Assembly (NCBI RefSeq): GCF_004010195.1
Contig: NC_057719.1
Coordinates: forward strand, 12,439,448-12,500,955
Direction of reading: 5' to 3'
Origin: Chiloscyllium plagiosum
Taxonomy: Eukaryota
Length of the DNA: 61,508 bases
Positions 52,938-61,508 of the stretch are shown here, piece after piece. The notes below the pieces were generated by a model. The model was not told the DNA's origin and did not search any database. It saw nothing but the letters and a program-made list of their open reading frames with translations. The translations under genes were made by a program, and so were the position numbers. The number at the start of each line of letters is the position of its first letter. Position 1 is the stretch's first letter.

Positions 52938-55900
52938 ATAGATTGACTTTCCATATTTTCCTACTATTTTTATTGGAGCAGGATGCAATTGCTTCCAGAG
53001 TTCTGATCTCAGAGTGCTGTGAATTTTAAAATCCAGCTTAATGTTTTCATGAATACAGTGAATTGTAAGAACTGAACCGATGAAAATCTTATTTTGTCAG
53101 TCAGTTTTAAAAAAAAAAATCAGCTTATGTTGGTACCTGTAAGTAAATTACCTGCAGTTGTACTCCAAGGGCATATTCAGTGTCCTTTTTTAATATAAAT
53201 CACTATAAATACTATTATTTTAGTACAATACTAGTTGGTAATTTAACAACCTGCTTGCTAACGTTTAGTTAGTCTTAAGACATTTTCTTGCCAAATATTA
53301 GTTTTTCCCCTGAACTATTTTTTGATTTTGATTTGATTTATTACCTAAGTACGGTCAAAAGTTTTGTTTTGTGTACTGGACAGGCAGATCATATCATACA
53401 AAGTGCATTAGGGTAATAGAACAGAACAAGGAATAATGTTATGACGGCAGAAAAAGGTGCACAGAGTGAGATCAACATTAAATTTAAAATTTGAAAAGTC
53501 CACTTGTAAGTCTAATAACAGCAGGGAATAAGCTGTTCTTAAATCTGTTTAAGCTTTTGTATCTCAGAGGTTGGAAGAGATTTCTACCCCATTAAATAAT
53601 TTTGGAATCAACAGGGTTTTGATGTTGCTGTGCAGTGACAATCTGCTGTAAAGAGTGAATTAATTGCAGGTTTTCTTTTGCCTTATTTTAATCAAGTACA
53701 TTTATGTTCAACACGTATGCATTGATTGACTTGAATTCACACTTCAGTCTCAAGTTACACATAACCCTTGTCAGTTTCTCCACTTATTTTACAAACTAAG
53801 CCATTGAATGATACTTTAATTTAGTTAGAGGCTCCCACCAATTGTGATGTCTTTCCTTTATTTATATTGTATTGTGTAACTATAGTGGGAGGGTCAGTAG
53901 TTGTAGATGGCTGGTACATTATGCAAAGTGATGGAAATGGGGTGGATTCAATCCCTATAACAGCTAATTATCTGTATTTTTAAAAAGTACTAATGTGAAA
54001 AATTAATTAACTTAAATTTGACAAATCCCTAGAACCTAATGATCTTTGCCCTTTCATTTCTTAAAATGTTATTAATTCAGAAATGTAGTGACATGGTATT
54101 TGAAAGGATGGAGAGAGAAAAAAGGGGAACACAGACTACGAATAGACCTGTAGCCTGACGTTAGTTATAGGGAAAATGCTAGAATCTATTATAAAGGATA
54201 TGATTGTGCTATATGTAATCCTGTGTGCTTCAATGCATGATAGTGTTCCCACCATATAGAGCTCTATTCCGTCAGGATTAAAGATTAATGTTGATCATCT
54301 TCGCTGCATAGTCTACCAGAAGCAATGTCTGCCAGTTGGGGCAACACCATGTTGCAAAACAAACAGCATATCTTTAGCATCCTTACCAGTTTCATTGAAT
54401 AAGATTTTGTTTAAAATAAAACCTATCCCTCCATTTCAAGACGAAAGTATTGTCAGTAAAACAAGAATGTTCCAGCTTTGTCTTTGGTTTGCAAAAGTGA
54501 ATAATCAGATGCAGAAACTAAGTATATTTTATTAAATCTAGATGTATTTCAAGGGTAAACCAAGTGAGTAGCTCGTACAGGTATTTTATTTGAACAGGTT
54601 AGTTTTAAATCATGTTATGACACACTGCTGAAGCAGATGGGACTTCAGCCCAGGTTTTCTGACCCAGATGTACTGACACCACTGCATCATAAGAGCTTCA
54701 ACTGCTGTAGATAAGTTGAAGTTGTCTGTCCTTCAGGGATTGTGGAGCTGCTTCTAAATGTGGCTGATGTAGTAGAAAGGAACGAAAAATAGCAAGAAGC
54801 ACGCATACTATTCAATAATCATTTAATTTAAAATATCTGTTTAATTCATGATAAAAGTTTAAACTCATCTGATAAGTTTACACCATAAGATCAGAGTATT
54901 GAGAATATTCTGTGTAGATGTCCTGAATTCGTCAATGAAATCACTGCAAGTGAATATTTTATATGAAATCATTTTTACAGCCATCATGCAGTTAAATACA
55001 CTTGTGCAATATACATAATTTTTGAATAAAAGCAGCAAAGATTTTGTTCCAGGAGACAAAATATAGCCACAAAGTTTTGGCACATGGCAGACAGAGAGAG
55101 AGAGAATCTTACATGACTGCTAACAAAGCTCTCCTACTTTCAGTGAGCGTTTGTTGATTAAAAGCTAGACTGAAAATGAAACCACTTTGATCAGAGATGT
55201 TTAAATTGCTGAGACAGTGACTGGGCAAGAGAATCTGATGAGCCATACCCAATATTTATAGGTCTTCTGATCTATACAGCTGGCTAGTGTGAAACTAGCT
55301 CTTGGCACAGCATTTACCAAAAACGCCAGTCAAATTTGACAGCTTTCAGGTACACTTTCGATTACTTGACATAAACTAGTTGAATTTAAATGTTTCTTTT
55401 AAGTTACATAATTTTAATACCTGATTAGTCTGATTTGTTAGTTACTTAAAATAGCAGTACAAAACATTATTGTAATCTGAAACCTGAGTGGCTTTATTAA
55501 CAACATCACACTGCTCCAGCTTGTCATAGATTTGAAACTTGTAAGGAAATTATGTAACAGAGATCAAAGTCTGGTTAAGGCAGAATTTTGTACCACAGTG
55601 ATTTGAACCCATTGAAATTCAAACTTATCCAAGAGCTAAATTGACTTCCAAGGTGACACATCTATTACAGTCACAATTAAAAATTAACACATTTGTGGTA
55701 TTTGAGTATCTCCCAATTACTGCTTAATTACTTTATATTTCCACTCCCTACCATCTCCAAATAATTTAATATCAGATGCTGGTCTCCTGGCAAAACAGGT
55801 TCAAGTTAAAAGTCACTAGGAGGCATTCAAGATCAGTTGAGGATAACAACTTCCCATATTCTTGAGGTTAAAATGCCAATCCCTAGCTCCCCCACTACTC

Positions 55901-56645
55901 TTTATTTGCTCATACAACCAACGCTGGTTCTAATAAGAAGATTTAATGTTCTCGTGCTCCTAAGTGAATAAAAAACATTCCCACCAGCTTTGAAAGCAAG
56001 CTTCTTCTAAGATAACCCTATATCTGGAACTAAATTTGGAGTGAGATTTAATTTGAGTAATTTTTAAAAATCTAGGCATGCTATCACTAACAGTAATCAG
56101 GACATGTTTAAAAATATCTACTGTCATTGAAGGTTTTGAGCTGATTTACATCAACATCTTATAGACTTTTGTTACAGTGGGAGCAAGCACTAACCAAATT
56201 AAATTGTTAATACTGAAAAGTATTTAAGTATATCAGAGTTTCTCTGCAAGTCCAGTAGAAAGATCATTTCATGATTACTGCCCGATGTGATGTTTTGGTA
56301 TTGAGCATTTCCACATTCTTATGGCAATTCCATCGAAGGTATATTTTTGAAAGTCTTGATGTTGATTTTATTTTTCTGCTTAATTTATCAAAGAGGAGTC
56401 AAAAATATAGCAATATAGCATAGCTTCCTCCCCATCCCTAATTAACTAACCACCTCATGAAACAATGAGAGACTCTCTCGAAGGGAGCACATCTCTGACT
56501 TGTTTTCAGTGAATGGAGACCAGTTTGGAGTTGAAGTTATTTTTTCTATATGCAGATAGAAATCAGTGCTCAGACTTTAAAACAGTAGCAATCATGTGAC
56601 TCACTGCCCCATAAATAAAGTGTCTCATTAGATTTGCTTTACAAT

Positions 56646-56732
56646 TCACGCAGTGCTCCTCAGTGACTGGATGAGGTGGAATGCTGCTCCTAGTGCCCAG
56701 CTAGTTTCAATATTATTGACTTTCTTGGCCAG
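56646..56732 (-). CDS. ENTPD5: ENTPD5 terminal exon
   Basis: [28 protein letters not shown]. Confidence 0.93.
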   Translation of the reverse strand: MAKKVNNIETSWALGAAFHLIQSLRSTA

Positions 56733-59623
56733 CTGTGAAAATAATAAATGCAAGAATGATAAATGCTATAATACAGTAAACATCAATCTTCAGCAAGCCC
56801 AGAAAAGACTGGGACAGAATTGAGAGGGAAGTCACAACAACAAACATAAGATTTTACTTCTAGGATGGTAGTCTTCCAATAGTTGGACTTCCTACTCGAC
56901 CACCGAATGTCAGCAGAAACCTCAGCCCCATCCTCTCCTAATCCAACATCACCCGACCCCCTTGTCTGATCCTAATAGATACCTTGCAAACATTTAACAT
57001 GCCTAATCTCTGTTTGTATTCCCAGCTACACCATGGAGCAATGTGCACTACTGAAACTACAAGATCCACAGAACAAAGTGTCAATAGCACTTGAGATCAA
57101 TTACAAACTAAAATTATTTATTTCGTTGGATGCAATGCCAAGATGGTTTTAAAACTTTAAAAGCAGAATTTTATGTCCTCCAAGTTCTGAAGCAAGTTTG
57201 CAGATGGAAACCATAAATTTCTACTTTTAAGTTTTAAACCAATGATTTGGAGGAGCTGGTGTTGGACTGGGGTGTACAAAGTTAAAAATCACAACACCAG
57301 GTTATAATCCAACAGGTTTAATTGGAAGCACACTAGATTTCGGAGCGCCACTCCGAAATCTAGTGTGCTTCCAATTAAACCTGTTGGACTATAACCTGAT
57401 GTTGTGTGAGTTTTAACTTTGTAAAACCATTTGAGGCATTCTAAGAAAAAATAATTTTAGTTTGTAATTGGTGTCAAGTCCATAAATATTCTTGATTAAT
57501 AAGGATATCAAAGGTTACATAGAAAAGGCAAGAGAATGGGGTTGAGAAACAGCAGCCATGATCAAATGGCAAAGCAGGCTTGATGGGCCAAATTGCCTAG
57601 TTCTGTTCCTATATCTAATGGTCTTTAAAAAGTTTTACACTGTTATAAGTTGTACTGAATTAGCGATGACTTGGAATAAACAGAAGATAACTTTGACAGA
57701 GATTTTAGTTTATTCTTTGGGGTTACCTGACTAATCTACAAGATAACTTTGTTAATCATCTGTATTTTTAATAGCCTAGACTAACTTTATAAACTTGATA
57801 ATGAAAGGAAACATTTCTTACAGTCTGTCTATAGCACATTAGAAAGTGAAGCTGAATAAGCATCATGTTTACCTGTAGTTCTGTGTTATCATAGAATCCA
57901 AACCCTTCCTTGAGTAAGGCAGTGATGTATGTTAGATCCATGCATAGAAAGGGACTACCTTTGGTTGCTTTATTGAAGTTTTCACACACTGAAGAATTCA
58001 AAGTTCATAATTAAGCAGCAGGAAAACAGGAGTGATTTGGTTTCACTTTGATCTATTAGGAGATTGTATGACCACATGACAACTAGCAATTACTTTCCTG
58101 TCCTTTCTCTTTTTATAAATGTTTTTACTCCTTTAAAAAGGGCACTAGATTCATGGAAAATTATACATAGAAATTACAACATAGAAATAACATTTTATCC
58201 AACGGGTCCATGCTCCATATAAGCTTCCTCATACTCTGTTTTATTCTAACCCTTTCTCTCTCATGTACTCATCTAGCTTTCTCTAACAATACATTAATGC
58301 AATTCTTTACCAACTCGATGCAATAAGAAGAGCCAGGAAGTTTCTGCTGAGTTTGCTAATGTAGATCTTATTTCTGAGTTCCAAAGAAAGTCATACTGCA
58401 CTAGAAACGTTAACTATTTCTCTCTCTACATATGCTGCCAGACTTGCTGAGTTTCTCCAGATTTTCTATTTTTCTTGTTTTTACCTTTTCTGGTTCCAGA
58501 CTCTGTAACAAGTGAAACATCTTACCAAGTCTACCCTATTAAACCTTACCAAAATTTTAAAGATCCCTTAGCCTTTTCTTTTTCAGACAAAATTAAACTC
58601 AGTCAGTTCAGTCTATTCTGATATGTACAATGTCCTTGTTCATCTGTGTGCATCTCTCCACTTCACCTGAGGAAGGAGCAGTGCTCCAAAAACTTGTGTT
58701 GGACTACAATTTGATGCAGTGTGACTTTTGACTTCATCTGTGTAAATCATCTTTTGAACACTTCTGTAGTCCTTCCATGCCCTCCTTATAATTATGGATA
58801 CTCTGTGCTTTTCTATTGTATAATCATTTGAATAGATTTCAGTTTCTTGAACAATACCTTGATAGGTTTCAGCATTTGTGATATGATTATTATTGCCAAG
58901 ATTGGCAATTATGCCTCATTGCCTGGTTTTCCACAAGAAGACAGTATTGTACTGTACTCTTGACCTACTGCAGTGTGTGCAAAGAAGGCATTTCCACAAT
59001 ATTATCAGTTGGTCCATTTTGATAACACTTTACTTAACTTAGGAAGGCAATAGGCCCTCACTAAAGCAAAGAGTTCACCCTGAAAATTACTACTTTGTAC
59101 AAATTTTCCTCTCTAGTCCTTAAAATCTTGCTTTGGAAATTAGTTTTCGTCTGCCTTGGAATAGAATCATGTCTTTCCACTCAAAATAATATAGAAAATT
59201 CTGTTTTCCTTGCTGGTGAGAGGTTAGTTTGTTCTTATTACCAGTTCTATTTAGTTAGGGTAAGGATACAAACCTTTTGCAGAATTACTTCTAAGTACAG
59301 AATATTTCTATTTAAAAAGATTGTTAAAAAAATACCTTCTATTGCTTTTGTTTCAAAATCCTTCACACGTATAACGCCACCCTCCTCAACATCTAAAACA
59401 AATTAGAAATAAAGCTTTTGAAAACTTATTTTGATACGTGTAGAAAAATGAGATCAAAAACATAATGTAGCTGTTCACATACCAATAATTCCTGCATCTA
59501 CAGCTCGATCGTAGTAATATGAAAATGCGTAGAATGTCCTCCTTTTGATTTCATCTTGCTGATCAAGTTTCTTTTGTATCAGCTTGATAATTTCAGTGTA
59601 GCAGGATTGGAAGCCAGAAGGAA
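56646..59623 (-). CDS. ENTPD5: ENTPD5 (ectonucleoside triphosphate diphosphohydrolase 5), last 4 coding exons; continues past right edge
   Basis: Exons 59483-59623, 59336-59392, 57873-57988 and 56646-56732 are in phase: [47 protein letters not shown] (apyrase conserved region 5); tail-to-tail with COQ6 as in human. Confidence 0.93.
57243..57425. mobile_element. Palindromic family D element
   Basis: Inverted arms meeting at cggagcgccactccg. Confidence 0.75.
57873..57988 (-). CDS. ENTPD5: ENTPD5 exon
   Basis: [38 protein letters not shown]. Confidence 0.93.
59336..59392 (-). CDS. ENTPD5: ENTPD5 exon
   Basis: [18 protein letters not shown]. Confidence 0.9.
59483..59623 (-). CDS. ENTPD5: ENTPD5 exon
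   Basis: GFQSCYTE...[18 protein letters not shown]|gtatgt. Confidence 0.93.
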
Positions 59624-60944
59624 CTGTGATTACAAATAAATAACAATACTTGCATTTATATGTCACCGATTTGACTTTCTCATCCAGCAGATAAATTAAC
59701 TCTGCAAGTTACCTTCTAAGCCATTCACCATCCTGACTTGGAAATTATCACTATTCCTCCACTGTCACTAGGTCAAAATCCTCCCTAAGGGCATTGTTTG
59801 TCAACCTACAGCAGGTGGACTGCAGTAGCTGAAAAGGGCAGCTCACCACCACCTTCCCAAGGGCAACTAGGGATGGGCAATGGATGCTAGCCAAGCCAGT
59901 AACATCCCACGAGTGAATAAAAAAAATGATTAAAGTCAGTTGTGATTAATGAATTGCCCTATTAACATAACTTCACTATCTCCTGATTTATTCTCTGACC
60001 TATCGTATAGCTACTTCCCCTTGGTAAGGTACTACACATTAGACCACTTAAAAATAGTGGGGTACTATGTTACCATGGATACAGGATAATGGGGAGTCCA
60101 GTGGAGATTCACTAGACTGGTTCTGGGTATGGAGGGATTATATTATGAGGAGAGGTTGAATACTCAGAGTGGGATGAGTGGTGAACTTATTGAAACAAAA
60201 AACAAAGATTCTTAAGGGGCTTGATAGTTTCCCTTTGTGGAGGAAGTCTACAGCAAGAAGGCATAATCTCAGAGGAAGACTTTCTTCATGAGGACCATAA
60301 ATCTGTGGAATTCTTTACTGTAGAGGCTGGGTCGTCACATTTTTCAAGGCTGAGAAAGACAGATCTTTAACAGAATGAAGGGGAAAAGAAAGGAAAATGG
60401 AATTGAGGATTATCGGTTTAGCCCTAATCTCATCGAATGGGGGAAACACTCTAAACTCCCACAAGCAGTAATGTGAGAACAATCACATCATCTGTTTTAG
60501 TGATGCTAATCGGGAAATAAAATATTGGCCAAGACAATATCTCCACCATCACTCATTGAATGTGGCATGGTTTCTTTCATGATTACCTGAGAAAACCAAC
60601 ACATCCTCTACACAAATTCCCATACAAAAATTATACTTCTCCTCTACGACAGTATCAACCTAAACTTTTGTTTTCTGGAGTAGGAGCCAAATCCACAATT
60701 TTACACATCAGAGCAAGGTGCTGTCCATGGAACAATTGCTAAGACAAGGACCTTTACATAAGTCTTTCTACCTAGGCCACAAAGGCCATGTCCATGGGAG
60801 AAAGAGAGGTATTCATTCATTCGTAGAGTCATACAGCATGGAAATGGACCCTTTGGTCCAGCCAATACATGGCAACTATAATCCCAAACTAAACTAAAAC
60901 AATCTGACTGCGCTTGGCCCTCCAAACATTTCTCATTCATGTAT

Positions 60945-61272
60945 AGAACATTACAGTGCAGTACAGGCCCTTTGACCCTCGATGTTGTGCCGACCTGTGG
61001 AACTAATATGAAGCCCATCTAATCTATACTATTCCATTATCATCCATATTTATCTAATGACCATTTCAATGCCCTTAAAGTTGGCGGTCACCTGCTGTTG
61101 CAGGCAGGGCATTCCATGCCCTTACTACTCTCTGAGTAAAGAACCTCCCTCTGACATCTGTCCTATATCTGTCACCCTTCAATTTAAAGCTATGTCCCCT
61201 TGTGCTTGCCATCACCTCTGAGGAAAAAGGCTGTCACTCTCCACCCTATCTAATCCTCTGATCATCTTGTCA
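60945..61272 (-). mobile_element. CR1 3' fragment (same family as 36875-37905)
   Basis: Near-identical to 36875-37200. Confidence 0.8.
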
Positions 61273-61508
61273 CCTTAGTCCAAGAACTCCCCACCTACGT
61301 TCGGGACACCACCCATGCCCTCCACCTGCTCCATGATTTTCGCTTCCCCGGTCCCCAACGCCTTATTTTCACCATGGACATCCAGTCCCTGTACACCTCC
61401 ATCCCCCATCACGAAGGACTCAAAGCCCTTCGCTTCTTTCTTTCCCGCCGTACATTTCCCCCCCGACGTGGTCGACGATGCCCTCCACCGCATCTCTTCC
61501 ACTTCCCG
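61273..61508 (+). mobile_element. Neptune-like PLE RT fragment with internal deletion
   Basis: LVQELPTYVRDTTHAL...IFTMDIQSLYTSIPH then jumps to FPPDVVDDALHRISS. Confidence 0.8.

Noticed and set aside
1..61508. CRISPR array or prokaryotic defence system
   Set aside because: Spliced vertebrate locus; no regularly spaced direct repeats or operon-like genes.

Overview
Vertebrate genomic DNA, probably a cartilaginous fish; this is inferred from HE1/V-SINE-like, DeuSINE-like and CR1-like repeats. Three spliced genes lie in the same order as human 14q24.3. FAM161B is on the minus strand, with 5 coding exons visible and the 3' end beyond the left edge. COQ6 is complete on the plus strand, with 12 exons and 479 aa. 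The last 4 exons of ENTPD5 are on the minus strand. Introns and intergenic DNA are full of CR1/L2 LINEs, tRNA-derived SINEs and Penelope-like elements (PLEs; RT plus GIY-YIG remnants), often deeply nested. The most striking signal is more than 20 short PLE-terminus insertions from about 5 families. They carry minimal hammerhead-ribozyme motifs (CUGANGA-N-stem II-GAAA plus a palindromic ACGU/AGCU stem III). Many are fold-back palindromes whose turning point lies in or beside the ribozyme and are flanked by target-site duplications. Other notable points are a perfect RFX X-box in FAM161B, a GABP/YY1 COQ6 promoter, a uORF whose stop overlaps the COQ6 ATG, and about 7 kb of nested retroelements separating the FAM161B and COQ6 promoters. 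Repeat boundaries are read by eye and approximate; there are three N-gaps.
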